A model generated the notes under the pieces. The model was not told where the DNA came from. It did no database searches and worked only from the letters and a program-made list of their open reading frames with translations. Source: Thermoanaerobaculia bacterium (GTDB lineage Bacteria > Acidobacteriota > Thermoanaerobaculia > Multivoradales > Multivoraceae). From it: a stretch of DNA of 64,000 bases. Location of the stretch: contig OY761158.1 of assembly GCA_963664405.1 (NCBI GenBank), forward strand, positions 3,328,001 to 3,392,000. The letters run 5' to 3'. A program made the translations under genes and the position numbers. Numbering within the stretch: the first letter of the stretch is position 1; each line of letters begins with the position of its first letter. Of the stretch, positions 10,021-20,019 are shown in pieces.

Positions 10021-12795
10021 TCACGGCGAAGCCGGTCGCAACAACGTCAAGAACAACGACTGCTTGGGGTCTTTCGCCAGAAAGCGATCCACCCAATACT
10101 GGCCGGAGGGCGAGGCGACAACCTCGCCGAAGAGGCGCGCGTCGTTGGTCAGGCCATCGGCGAAGCCGCTCTCATAGCCCGCGCGCAAGGCAAGCAGTGC
10201 GGTCCGAGCGGCGTGCCTCCGAGCAGCCGCCAGTTCATTGGCGTCATCCTCACTCGGAGCCGGCGAGGCCATGATCGCAGACACTTCGTCATCCTCGAAG
10301 AGAGCCTCGACATCCGTCGCCTGTTCAGCGGCCAGAGCGTCCCAATCCGCTCGCTCCAACTCTCGGCTACCCGTCATCACCTCGCGAGCGATCTCGAACG
10401 CCCGCACCAGCGCCGTCGAAGAAGGATGAAGCTCGTGTGCCAGGCCCAATCGCACCGCCTCGCCACCGTTCACCGATTCTCCGTTGACCGCCATCTCGGC
10501 TGCCTTGCGCGGTCCGATCAGGCGAGGCAGCCTCTGCATGCCGCCGTAACCGGGAATGATCCCGAGCTTGACCTCGGGCTGGCCCAGGATCGCGTTCTCG
10601 GTGACGATCCGATAGTGGGTGCTCATCGCCAACTCGTTGCCCCCGCCGAGAGCGAATCCGTCGACCAGAGATACGACAGGGATCGAGAGACTCTCGAGAC
10701 CGGTGAAGACGGCCATGTTGTCGGCGGCCAGCCGCTCGAGAGCTGACGCGCTCTTGGCAACGAAGACCTGGATGTCAGCGCCGGCAACGAACGATCTTCC
10801 GGCGCCGCGCAGAATCAGGGCTCCGACGGGCTCTCCTCGTAGAGTCCCAGTTGTCGCCAGCTCTTCGACCATGGTCGCGAGCTGCGCCACCATCTCCTCG
10901 CTCAAGGCGTTCAGAGCCGCGGGCCGGGTAAGAGTGACGATGCCGACCTCATCGATCACACGCAGGTCGAGAAGACGATTGTTGGCCGGTTCTGCGGCCT
11001 CGAGAGACTGGCCGAGATACTCGGACTCGTAGTCGGCGATCGTTCGTCCCGCCCGATCCGCCTGCACCAGTGCGACACCTTTGGGCTTGGTCATCGAGCC
11101 GTCGAGCATCTTCTGTTGGATGGTCGGGAGCTGCTCGAGGTCGACAATCTCGAGATCTTCCTGGCTCATCACGATGCGCTTCTCGGCGAGCAGACGCACG
11201 GTCTCTCGAGCCTGTGCCGAACAGTACATATGGGAGCCAAGGATCGAGACGTCGGAGGCACCGCGAGCGACGATGAAGCCTGAAGGCATCGCGTCGGTCT
11301 CGTCGTGGTCGCGGAGCAGGAAGGTACTGAAGTGAAGCGTGCTCGCGTCGGGTCGCTCGACGATGAAGTCGGGACTGACACGAGGGCCAAAGACTCCCCA
11401 GACGGCTCTGCCGACAGCTCGGGCATTGAGCATGAACTCGGAGTTGTAGACCGGATTGGGCTCGCCTTCCTCGGTCAAGGGGTCCGGCATGTCTTCGCCG
11501 AGCTCGAAAAGATCTCTGTCGATGAGGCTCGAGCGCGCAACGCCGAGTCGATCGAGTGCGGCAATCCCCTCTTCCTCTCGTGAGTGCGAAGCGATCACCG
11601 CGAGCTCAGAGCCACGCTCGAGTGCTGCTTTGGCGAACTCGAGGGCATAGGCGTCGGCTCCCCAGATCAGCCCTCTTCTCCCCGGAAGCAAACCGATCTC
11701 GGCGAAGATCTCCCTCGGCGAGCGATGACGAAAGATCACCTGTTTCTGGCGCATCCACACCCAGCGGGCGTCCATGACCAGGCGCCTTCGATCGTAGAAG
11801 AAGGTCTCTTTGTACTCGCCCTTGAGCCCCTGGCCGGTGGCACCGAAGAACGCGAGCGCACCTTTGGGAGCGAGAACCGAGGCAAGCAGAGGGAAGTTCT
11901 TGCCGCCGGTATGTTCGAACACCTTGTCCACCGCCTGGCCATCATTAGCAGCCAGTACCGCCCGGCGGAAGGGCTCGGTCCTTGCGGCCCAGGCGTCGTA
12001 GTCCTCATCCTCGGACAGAACACCAAAGACCTCAGGTGGAAGCTCGCGACGATTGACAAAGGTGTCGGCGACGCCGCGCTCGATGAGGGACTCGGCCAAT
12101 TCTCTGTTCGAGCCCACCAGGACGACCCGTGCCCCCAATGCCTTCGCGATCTGGGCCCCCGCGAAGCTCGTCCCCTTGCCTCCCCCCATCACCAGAACCG
12201 AGTCTCCGGGACCAACCGCGAGCCGTTCGACCACGGCACGGTAAGCGGTGCCGTAAGTCAGAAGCATGGCCGCCAGCCGCTCCGGGCTGTGGCCACTCAA
12301 CTCGGGTGGCACGGCCACCGCCCGCTCTTCATCGACCACCGCAAATTGCGCATTGAAGCCGTCATGGCTCTCATAACCGCGGATGCTCTGCCCGGTCCAC
12401 GAGTCGAGAATCACGGCTTGCCCGACTCGGACACTGGTGACCGCCGCGCCGGCGTCGACCACAATACCGAGGGCATCGCTGCCGGGGATATGAAGGGTGG
12501 CGCTGTCGCCTCTAGCGAAGACCGGAACCGGAAGTCCGAGCGCGGCGAAATTTGTATTGAAATTGGGACCGGTGGCGAGGATCGAGACCAACACTCGACC
12601 GGCGTCGGCCGCCCCCAGCCGAGGCACGGGCACTTCTTCACAGCGGAGCACCTCTGCCGGGGCGCCGTAGTCGTCTCGATGCAAGGTCAGGGCGAGCATC
12701 GTCTCCGGTATCGAGCTCGCCAGGCTCGGGCAGACTCCAAGCGGCCAGCGTGAAGCTTCCGGTGGCGCACTTTCAGGCTGAGATATCTCGCTCAT
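10021..12795 (-). CDS. Fusion of Ccr/PCS-like enoyl-CoA (carboxylase/)reductase and C-terminal enoyl-CoA hydratase
   Basis: MDR motifs NFN, HIPGSDA, GYE, LTYGTAYR, VFEHTG, DARWVWMRQKQ, GSH; crotonase FVAGADI, GGGNEL, QPEVKLG. Confidence 0.8.
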   Translation of the reverse strand: MSEISQPESAPPEASRWPLGVCPSLASSIPETMLALTLHRDDYGAPAEVLRCEEVPVPRLGAADAGRVLVSILATGPNFNTNFAALGLPVPVFARGDSATLHIPGSDALGIVVDAGAAVTSVRVGQAVILDSWTGQSIRGYESHDGFNAQFAVVDEERAVAVPPELSGHSPERLAAMLLTYGTAYRAVVERLAVGPGDSVLVMGGGKGTSFAGAQIAKALGARVVLVGSNRELAESLIERGVADTFVNRRELPPEVFGVLSEDEDYDAWAARTEPFRRAVLAANDGQAVDKVFEHTGGKNFPLLASVLAPKGALAFFGATGQGLKGEYKETFFYDRRRLVMDARWVWMRQKQVIFRHRSPREIFAEIGLLPGRRGLIWGADAYALEFAKAALERGSELAVIASHSREEEGIAALDRLGVARSSLIDRDLFELGEDMPDPLTEEGEPNPVYNSEFMLNARAVGRAVWGVFGPRVSPDFIVERPDASTLHFSTFLLRDHDETDAMPSGFIVARGASDVSILGSHMYCSAQARETVRLLAEKRIVMSQEDLEIVDLEQLPTIQQKMLDGSMTKPKGVALVQADRAGRTIADYESEYLGQSLEAAEPANNRLLDLRVIDEVGIVTLTRPAALNALSEEMVAQLATMVEELATTGTLRGEPVGALILRGAGRSFVAGADIQVFVAKSASALERLAADNMAVFTGLESLSIPVVSLVDGFALGGGNELAMSTHYRIVTENAILGQPEVKLGIIPGYGGMQRLPRLIGPRKAAEMAVNGESVNGGEAVRLGLAHELHPSSTALVRAFEIAREVMTGSRELERADWDALAAEQATDVEALFEDDEVSAIMASPAPSEDDANELAAARRHAARTALLALRAGYESGFADGLTNDARLFGEVVASPSGQYWVDRFLAKDPKQSLFLTLLRPASP

Positions 12796-12962
12796 GCGGG
12801 GCATCGTAGCGCAGAGAGGCAGCGGAATCTGTTTGCTAACGTCCAGCGCTCGAGCCTGAAAAGCGGCGCAATACGCAGGCGGAGGAGGACTACAGGCGCT
12901 GGTTTCACGGGCGGCTTCGGCTAGCGGAAGCAGCGCTGGCCGATCGAGACCTGAGTCCGAAC

Positions 12963-13027
12963 GCGCCGTCCTCGGCGCCAAACAGCAATCTGATTTCAGA
13001 AGTGCTATTCAGCACTTCTGAAGTCAG
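12963..13027. repeat. REP-like unit (GCGCCGTCCTCGGCGCC + hairpin), possible terminator
   Basis: 17-mer recurs at ~24219, ~37207, ~38974; followed by CTGATTTCAGAAGTGC-tattca-GCACTTCTGAAGTCAG hairpin overlapping the ACAD stop. Confidence 0.65.
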
Positions 13028-14148
13028 CAGAGCAGAAGGTCGGCTAGATGCTTGCGGTGGTGCATCGCGTCGCCGTACTGGCTCTGACACCAGAGTGCCC
13101 GGCGCAAAAAGAGTTGCGCGTCGCACTCATAGGTGAAGCCGAAGGCGCCGTGGAACTGGACAGCCCGATCGCCGGCAAAGGCGAAGGACTCGCTGGCCTC
13201 GGCCTTGAGCATCCTCAACGCCGTCTCGGCCTCAGCTTCTCCGAATACGGTGGCGGCGTGGTACAGATGCGATCGCGAGCGCTCGAGGCCGATGAGAATG
13301 TCGACCGTAGGGTGCTTCAGGGCCTGAAAGCTGCCGATCTTACGGTCGAACTGAGTGCGAGACTTGAGGTAGTCGACAACGATTTCGAGAGTGCCGGCGA
13401 TGCCGCCGCAGGATTCGGCTGAGACCAGCAGCAAAGCCATATCGCCGATCGCGTGTAGAGCCGCGAGCGCGACCTCGCCGCGAATCAAAGAACCGTCGTC
13501 GACTTCGACGCCGTCGAGAGTCAGGCGATAGCTGCGCCTGGTTTCGTCGATAACCGTTTCTCGCTCGAGCGCGGCGTCAGGAATGCGACTCCGCTCCAGC
13601 GCGATCAAAGCGGGCTCGTTGTCGAGAACGGTGGTGACCAGAAAGAGCTCCGCCTCTCCGGCATCGAGCACGAAGCTCTTGGCACCGTGGAGAGTCACCT
13701 TCGACCCCGAGACCTCGGCACGGCTGACACTGCTCTCGAGCGCCCACCCGCCCTCGAGATCAACCGCCGCTAGAGTCGCGATTGCGCCCTCGGCAAGACG
13801 AGGAAGCCACTCTTGTCGTAGTGCCTCGGCGCCGTTTCCGACACCCGCATTCAACAGACCCTGAATCACCAGCTGAGTGCTGAGGAATGGCGAAGCGAAG
13901 AGACAGCGCCCCATCGGCTCCACCAGGCTGACCAGCTCGACCGCTCCCAGCCCGGTGCCGCCGAGCTCCTCGGGAACCGCGATGCCTAGCCACCCGGCGT
14001 CGGTCATCTCGGCCCACAGATCTCGGTCGAAGCCGGTCTCGGAGGTCAGCTGCTCACGAGTAGATTCCACCGACCACTTGTCGCGAAAGAATCGGGTGGC
14101 GATGTCAGCGAGCATCGCCTGCTCGGGTGAGAAGAGGATCCCACTCAT
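13024..14148 (-). CDS. Acyl-CoA dehydrogenase, beta-type subunit
   Basis: RTQFDRKIGSFQALKH, AVQFHGAFGFTYE; ATGA overlap with upstream ACAD. Confidence 0.9.
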   Translation of the reverse strand: MSGILFSPEQAMLADIATRFFRDKWSVESTREQLTSETGFDRDLWAEMTDAGWLGIAVPEELGGTGLGAVELVSLVEPMGRCLFASPFLSTQLVIQGLLNAGVGNGAEALRQEWLPRLAEGAIATLAAVDLEGGWALESSVSRAEVSGSKVTLHGAKSFVLDAGEAELFLVTTVLDNEPALIALERSRIPDAALERETVIDETRRSYRLTLDGVEVDDGSLIRGEVALAALHAIGDMALLLVSAESCGGIAGTLEIVVDYLKSRTQFDRKIGSFQALKHPTVDILIGLERSRSHLYHAATVFGEAEAETALRMLKAEASESFAFAGDRAVQFHGAFGFTYECDAQLFLRRALWCQSQYGDAMHHRKHLADLLLC

Positions 14149-15353
14149 GACTTGTCCAGCCCGAGCACCCGCTCGCCGATGATATTCGCTTGGATCTGGC
14201 TGGTGCCGCCGCCGATCGTGCCGGAGAACGCGTTGAAGTAGGAGCGCTGCCACTTGCCGCCATCCGCTGCCTGCGGATCGCCCACCCAGAGCGCACCGCT
14301 CGACCCCTGGAGCGCGATGGCGAGCTGGAAGAGGCGGCGGCGATGCTCGGTGCCGCGGAGCTTCCCGGAGAGCGGAATCGCGTGCGGTCGCTCGCCCACC
14401 AATGCCGGGATCTTGGCACGCTCGCGGCACAGGCGGTCGCCTTCTTCCTCGATGAGGAATCGGACGAGCTGGTCTCGGATCAGCGGATCTTCGATCGCCG
14501 GGCGACCGTCTCGCTTGGCCCGTCGCGCCAGCTCGACTACATCCCCAACCCGAACGAACATCGACGACAGGCCACCGGCCTGGCCCCCAGTCGCGCCACG
14601 CTCGAACTGAAGCGTGGTCATCGCGATCTGCCAGCCCTGCCCTTCCTCGCCCATCAGGCAATCCGCCGGAATGCGGGCATCGTTGAAGAAGGTCTGGACG
14701 AAGCCGTACTCACCGGTCAGCTTACGAATCGGGCTGGTCTCGACCCCTTCCGCCGTCATCGGCGCCAGGAAGTAGCTCAAGCCGGCGTATTTGTTCGACG
14801 CGGCCGGATCGGTGCGCGCCAGCAGAATCATGTATTTCGCGTACTTTCCCAGGCTCGTCCACATCTTGCTGCCGTTGATCAGGTACTCGTCGCCGTCGCG
14901 CACCGCTCGAGTCTGCACATTGCCCAGGTCCGAGCCGTGATCCGGCTCGGAGAAGCCCTGACACCAGATGTCCTCGGCGCTGAGGATGCGCCGAATGTAG
15001 CGCTGCTTTTCCTCCTCGCTTCCCATGTGGAGGATCAGCGGGCCCGCCCAGTTCAAACCGATGGTGTTGGGTACGAAAGGCACGCCGTGATGAGCCATCT
15101 CGGCATTCACGATGTTCTGGAACGCCTGCGCCTTGCCACCCCCACCGTAGGCCTCCGGCCACGCCATCCCCAGGTACCCGGCTTCGTAGACCTTGCGCTG
15201 CCAATCGCGTAGGAACTCGAACTGCTGGTCGGTACCGACCTCCATGAACGACTCCGGAAGCAGGAAAGAGGGCTTGGGGGGCCGGTTCTCCTCGAGCCAG
15301 GCGACGACCTCGGCGCGAAAGTCTTCTAGTTGGGCGGGCTCAGGCTCTGGCAC
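14145..15353 (-). CDS. Acyl-CoA dehydrogenase, alpha-type subunit
   Basis: WCQGFSEPDHGSDL, NGSKMWTS, TIGGGTSQIQANIIGERVLGL. Confidence 0.92.
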   Translation of the reverse strand: MPEPEPAQLEDFRAEVVAWLEENRPPKPSFLLPESFMEVGTDQQFEFLRDWQRKVYEAGYLGMAWPEAYGGGGKAQAFQNIVNAEMAHHGVPFVPNTIGLNWAGPLILHMGSEEEKQRYIRRILSAEDIWCQGFSEPDHGSDLGNVQTRAVRDGDEYLINGSKMWTSLGKYAKYMILLARTDPAASNKYAGLSYFLAPMTAEGVETSPIRKLTGEYGFVQTFFNDARIPADCLMGEEGQGWQIAMTTLQFERGATGGQAGGLSSMFVRVGDVVELARRAKRDGRPAIEDPLIRDQLVRFLIEEEGDRLCRERAKIPALVGERPHAIPLSGKLRGTEHRRRLFQLAIALQGSSGALWVGDPQAADGGKWQRSYFNAFSGTIGGGTSQIQANIIGERVLGLDKS

Positions 15354-15449
15354 GAATCAATCCTCCGGTTTGAGTCTCGACCAAGTCGAGCGTGAAAGGT
15401 ATCATCGCGCTCTGCTCGCCGTCGGCGAGGCGCCGCCACATTTCTTCCT

Positions 15450-17081
15450 ATGCCAATCCTACGCTCCAACATCGACACCCGCTCCGAGTCCTTTCAGAAG
15501 AACCGTTCCGACGTGCTCGAGCAGCTCGCCGAGATCGATGTCCTCCTCGAGGAGGTTTCGCAGGGCGGCGGCGAGGAGGCGATGGCGAGGCTGCGCTCGC
15601 GCGACAAGATGCCGGTTCGTCGCCGGGTTTCGCTCGCGCTCGACCGCGACACACCCTTTCTCGAGATCAGTCCGCTCGCCGCCTGGAACACCAATTACAC
15701 GGTGGGCTCGGGGTTCCTGGTCGGCATCGGCCAGATCTCGGGGGTCGAATGCGTCATTCTCGCTCACGACCCCTCGGTACGAGCCGGCGCATTCAACGAG
15801 TTCAATGCCAAGAAGCTGATGCGCGGCCTGCAGATCGCCCGCGAGAACCGTCTTCCCTATGTCCAATTCGTCGAGTCGGCCGGCGCCGACCTGCGAGGAT
15901 CGCGGGGCGACGACCCGGAAGCCGCTCTGATGCGGGAAACCGGCCACTTTGCCGAGTCCGGCCGTCTCTTCTACGAGATCTCCGAGTTGTCGCAGATGCG
16001 CATTCCAACCATCTCTCTGGTTTTCGGCGCGTCGACCGCCGGCGGCGCCTACCAGCCCGGGATGAGCGACTACAACATCTTCATCAAGAAGCAATCGATG
16101 GTGTTTCTGGGCGGCCCACCGCTGGTGAAGATGGCGACCGGCGAGGACTCCGACGCGGAAAGTCTCGGCGGTGCCGACATGCATTGCAGGGTCTCAGGCC
16201 TCGGCGACTATCTCGCCGAAGACGAGCTCGACGGAATCCGCATCTGCCGCGAGCTGATGACCCATCTCAACTGGCGCAAGGAGGGCCCAGGTCCGACGCT
16301 ACCGCCCGACGAGCCGATCTACGATCCGGAGGATCTCTTGGGCCTGGTGTCGAGGGACCTGCGCTCACCGCTCGATATCCGAGAGGTCATCGCCCGCGTC
16401 GTCGACGGGTCGCGCTTCGAAGAGTTCAAGCCCGTCTACGGGACGACCCTGATTTGCGGGTGGGCTTCGATCCATGGCTTTCCGGTGGGCATCCTGGGCA
16501 ACAACGGAGCGCTGCTCTCCGAGTCGGCCGAGAAGGCCACCCAGTTCATCCAGCTCTGTAACCAGATCGATGTCCCGCTATTGTTCCTCCACAACATCAC
16601 CGGCTACATCGTCGGCAAGGACTTCGAAGAGGGCGGCATCACCAAGAACGGCTCGAAGATGATCAACGCCGTTACCAACTCGACGGTGCCTCATATCTCG
16701 GTCATCGTCGGCAACTCTTACGGCGCCGGAAACTACGGCATGAGTGGCCGTGCCTACGGCACTCGCTTCGCCTTTATCTGGCCGACCGCCAAGATCGCGG
16801 TCATGGGCCCCAAGCAGATGGCTGGGGTGATGACGATCGTGGGTCGCAACGCGGCGAAGCGGCGGGGTCTCGATTTCGACGAAGAAGCCAACGCAAAAAG
16901 GGCGGAGACAGTGATCCACTGGGGGGAGAAGCGCTCGCTTGCGCTGCACGCGACCTCTCGCGTTTCGGATGACGGTCTCATCGACCCACGCGACACGCGC
17001 ACGACTTTGGGCATCGCCCTTTCGGCCTGCCACAGCCGCGAGGTCAAAGGCACCAAGGGCTACGCGGTATTCAGGATGTAA
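15450..17081 (+). CDS. Acyl-CoA carboxylase carboxyltransferase subunit (AtuC/MccB-like)
   Basis: VESAGADL, STAGGAYQPGMSD, FLGGPPLVKMATGE, SYGAGNYGMSGR. Confidence 0.9.
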   Translation: MPILRSNIDTRSESFQKNRSDVLEQLAEIDVLLEEVSQGGGEEAMARLRSRDKMPVRRRVSLALDRDTPFLEISPLAAWNTNYTVGSGFLVGIGQISGVECVILAHDPSVRAGAFNEFNAKKLMRGLQIARENRLPYVQFVESAGADLRGSRGDDPEAALMRETGHFAESGRLFYEISELSQMRIPTISLVFGASTAGGAYQPGMSDYNIFIKKQSMVFLGGPPLVKMATGEDSDAESLGGADMHCRVSGLGDYLAEDELDGIRICRELMTHLNWRKEGPGPTLPPDEPIYDPEDLLGLVSRDLRSPLDIREVIARVVDGSRFEEFKPVYGTTLICGWASIHGFPVGILGNNGALLSESAEKATQFIQLCNQIDVPLLFLHNITGYIVGKDFEEGGITKNGSKMINAVTNSTVPHISVIVGNSYGAGNYGMSGRAYGTRFAFIWPTAKIAVMGPKQMAGVMTIVGRNAAKRRGLDFDEEANAKRAETVIHWGEKRSLALHATSRVSDDGLIDPRDTRTTLGIALSACHSREVKGTKGYAVFRM

Positions 17082-17083
17082 CC

Positions 17084-19075
17084 TTGGGTAAGTCGATCAC
17101 ACGCCTACTGGTCGCCAACCGAGGCGAGATTGCCCGCCGCATCATGCGCTCGGCGCACGGCATGGGCATCGGCAGTGTCGCGATCTACGCCGACTCGGAC
17201 GCGGATGCGCCCTTCGTCAAAGAGGCGGATCAGGCCATCGCCCTCGGCGGGCGCACCTCGGCCGAGAGCTACCTCGATACCGAAAAGGTCCTCGCCGCCG
17301 CGGCGCGCACAGGCGCCGACGCGGTGCATCCGGGATACGGCTTCCTGGCCGAGAACGCGAGCTTCGCTGCCGCCGTCCGCGATGCGGGACTGATCTGGGT
17401 GGGCCCGAGCCCGGAAGCGATTACCGCAATGGGCGACAAGCTCAGCGCCAAGCGGTTGATGCAAGAGGCCAAGGTGCCGACCCTGCCCGCGGCCGAGCTC
17501 GACGCCGATGCCGACGTTGCCGCGGCTGCAAAAGAGATCGGCTTCCCACTGCTCGTCAAGGCGGCGGCCGGCGGTGGTGGCAAGGGCATGAGAGTGGTCG
17601 ACGACCCCGCCGACCTCGAAGACGCGGTGGCCGGCGCTCGTCGAGAGGCCCTCGCCTCCTTCGGCGACGACACTGTCTTCCTCGAGCGCTGGTTGGCGGT
17701 CAGCCGGCACGTCGAGATCCAGTTGCTAGGCGACGAGCACGGCAACTTGGTTCACTGTTTCGAGCGCGAGTGCTCGATTCAGCGACGCCATCAAAAGGTC
17801 ATCGAAGAGTCGCCATCGCCGGCGGTCACTGCAGAGCTACGACAGCGGATGGGAGACGCAGCGGTCGCCGCGGGTCAGGCCATCGGTTACTCGTCAGCCG
17901 GCACGGTCGAATTCTTGCTCGACGGAAGTGACTTCTGGTTTCTCGAGGTCAACACTCGACTCCAGGTCGAGCATCCGGTGACCGAGATGATCACCGGCCT
18001 CGATCTCGTACGCGAGCAGTTGCGAGTGGCCCAGGGCGAAGAGCTGGGCTTCAATCAAGACGACATCACCATGAGTGGGCACTCGATCGAGGCTCGTCTC
18101 TATGCCGAAGATCCGGCCAACGACTTTCTTCCCACCACCGGTTGTGTTGCCGCCTGGCAGCCTTCGACCTCGGTAGAGGCTCGCTTCGACTCGGCGATCG
18201 AGACCGGCAGCGAAGTGGGGATCGAGTTCGACCCGATGCTGGCAAAGATCATCACTCATGCGCCGACTCGCCAGGAAGCCGCGGGCCGCCTGGCGCGAGC
18301 GCTCGAGACCACCCGCGTGCAAGGTCTGGTGACCAACCGAGACTTTCTCGTCGCGGTCCTTCGCTCGCCGGAGTTTCTCGACGGCGACACCACTACCGAC
18401 TTCATCGAACGAGTCAGCCTGGCACCAAAGCGTCAGTCATCGCGCCAAGAGCTCGAAGAGGCCGCGATCCTGGCGGCGATGGCGGCCCAGGTCGATCGGC
18501 GGCGAGCCGCCAAGTCGCTCGCGACCATCGCTACCGGGTGGCGCAATACGGTAATGCCGCGCGAAGAAGTGAGCTACCGCTCCGTTTCTGACGACGGTGA
18601 AAGGGACCTGCTGGTGGAGTACCGCCGGCGACGGGACGACACCTTGAGTGTCAAGGTCGGCGAAGAAGACCGCGTCGTTTCAGTGCTCTCTCGCCAAGGA
18701 GACGAGATCGCGCTCGTCATCGACGGCCGGCGAGTTGCCGCCACAGTCACGGCTAGGGAGAATCGACGCTACGTGCACGGACCGGCTGGTGATGTGGAAC
18801 TGCTCGAGCTACTTCGCTTCCCCGAACCGGAAATCGAAGGCATCTCGGGCGGCCTGGTCGCCCCCATGCCGGGCAAAGTCATCGCGGTGCACGTAGCCGC
18901 AGGCGACACCGTCGAGGTCGGCCAGCTGCTGCTCGTGCTCGAAGCGATGAAAATGGAGCACCGCATCACCGCACCGACGGCCGGGACGATCTCCGAGCTG
19001 CGCGTTGCGGAGGGAGACCAGGTGGACAACGGTGAGCTGGTAGTGGTTCTGAACGAGGAGGAGTCCGCCGAATAA
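17084..19075 (+). CDS. Biotin carboxylase/biotin carrier subunit (AtuF/MccA-like)
   Basis: LLVANRGEIA, HPGYGFLAEN, ERECSIQRRHQK, EAMKM biotinylation site. Confidence 0.93.
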   Translation: MGKSITRLLVANRGEIARRIMRSAHGMGIGSVAIYADSDADAPFVKEADQAIALGGRTSAESYLDTEKVLAAAARTGADAVHPGYGFLAENASFAAAVRDAGLIWVGPSPEAITAMGDKLSAKRLMQEAKVPTLPAAELDADADVAAAAKEIGFPLLVKAAAGGGGKGMRVVDDPADLEDAVAGARREALASFGDDTVFLERWLAVSRHVEIQLLGDEHGNLVHCFERECSIQRRHQKVIEESPSPAVTAELRQRMGDAAVAAGQAIGYSSAGTVEFLLDGSDFWFLEVNTRLQVEHPVTEMITGLDLVREQLRVAQGEELGFNQDDITMSGHSIEARLYAEDPANDFLPTTGCVAAWQPSTSVEARFDSAIETGSEVGIEFDPMLAKIITHAPTRQEAAGRLARALETTRVQGLVTNRDFLVAVLRSPEFLDGDTTTDFIERVSLAPKRQSSRQELEEAAILAAMAAQVDRRRAAKSLATIATGWRNTVMPREEVSYRSVSDDGERDLLVEYRRRRDDTLSVKVGEEDRVVSVLSRQGDEIALVIDGRRVAATVTARENRRYVHGPAGDVELLELLRFPEPEIEGISGGLVAPMPGKVIAVHVAAGDTVEVGQLLLVLEAMKMEHRITAPTAGTISELRVAEGDQVDNGELVVVLNEEESAE

Positions 19076-19875
19076 TGTCGACTGCCGGACAAGAACACAC
19101 GCTCTACGAAGTCCGCGACTCGGCTGCTTGGATCACGCTCAACCGGCCGGAGGTGCGCAACGCCCTCTCCGGGACCTTGATCACCGAGGTCTACGACCAC
19201 CTGGCGAACGCCCAGGCCGACGACAACGTGCGCTGCATTGTGCTGACAGGGGCCGGCAAAGGCTTCTGTTCCGGCGCCGATCTCAAGAATCGGGCGGTGC
19301 CGGAGGGAAAAGTCGTGGCTTACCCCGACTTGCTCACCGCGATCTGGGAGTGCGAAAAGCCGGTGGTTGCCGCCATCAATGGCCCGGCCTTTGCCGGCGG
19401 TCTCGGCCTCGTCGCAGCTTCCGACATCGTGATTACGGCCGAAGAAGCGATTTTCAGCTTCAGCGAAGTTCGTATCGGCGTCATCCCCGCCATCATCGCG
19501 GTGGTATGCCTGCGAAAGCTCGGCCCTCACCACGGCATGCGGCTCTTCGTCACCGGCGATCGCTTCACCGGCGCTCAGGCGGTGGACTACGGCTTGGCTC
19601 ATCGAGCGGTACCTCGGGCAGAGCTCTACGAGGCCGTCGAAGCTGAGCTCGAGATGATCCGGCTGGGCGGACCGACCGCCGTCGTCGAGTGTAAGAAACT
19701 GGTGCGAGCCCTACCCGATCTCTCGATGAAGGAGGGCTTCGAGCTCACCCAGGGCTGGAGCCGCCGCATGTTTCAAGCCCCGGAAGCTGCCGAAGGCATG
19801 GCGGCCTTTCGCGAAAAGCGCAAGGCCGCCTGGTGCGCGCCGGACGAGACTGGCGACGGCGAGGCTCTGGAGTAG
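19075..19875 (+). CDS. Enoyl-CoA hydratase (AtuE/methylglutaconyl-CoA hydratase-like)
   Basis: LNRPEVRNAL, FCSGADLK, GGLGLVAASD, FSEVRIG. Confidence 0.88.
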   Translation: MSTAGQEHTLYEVRDSAAWITLNRPEVRNALSGTLITEVYDHLANAQADDNVRCIVLTGAGKGFCSGADLKNRAVPEGKVVAYPDLLTAIWECEKPVVAAINGPAFAGGLGLVAASDIVITAEEAIFSFSEVRIGVIPAIIAVVCLRKLGPHHGMRLFVTGDRFTGAQAVDYGLAHRAVPRAELYEAVEAELEMIRLGGPTAVVECKKLVRALPDLSMKEGFELTQGWSRRMFQAPEAAEGMAAFREKRKAAWCAPDETGDGEALE

Positions 19876-20019
19876 GCACGCGAGCATCGCATCGAGCGCT
19901 ACGAGCCGCGTCTCAGGCCTCGCTCAGCTTTGTCATCGAGGCGCCATGAACCGGCGGCGCTTCAGGGTCTGATCAAGCTCTCCTGGCTGGTGACGAGGCT
20001 CACTGTCGTACCGGGCTCC

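Noticed and set aside
12963-12979. HDV-like ribozyme suggested by the TCCTCG core of the 17-mer repeat
   Set aside because: Could not build the nested double pseudoknot in any copy; a simple GCGCCG/CGGCGC hairpin explains it
19885-19945. TssE/gp25-like remnant (IERYEPRL...LSFVIEA)
   Set aside because: Too short, split across frames, no start or T6SS/phage context
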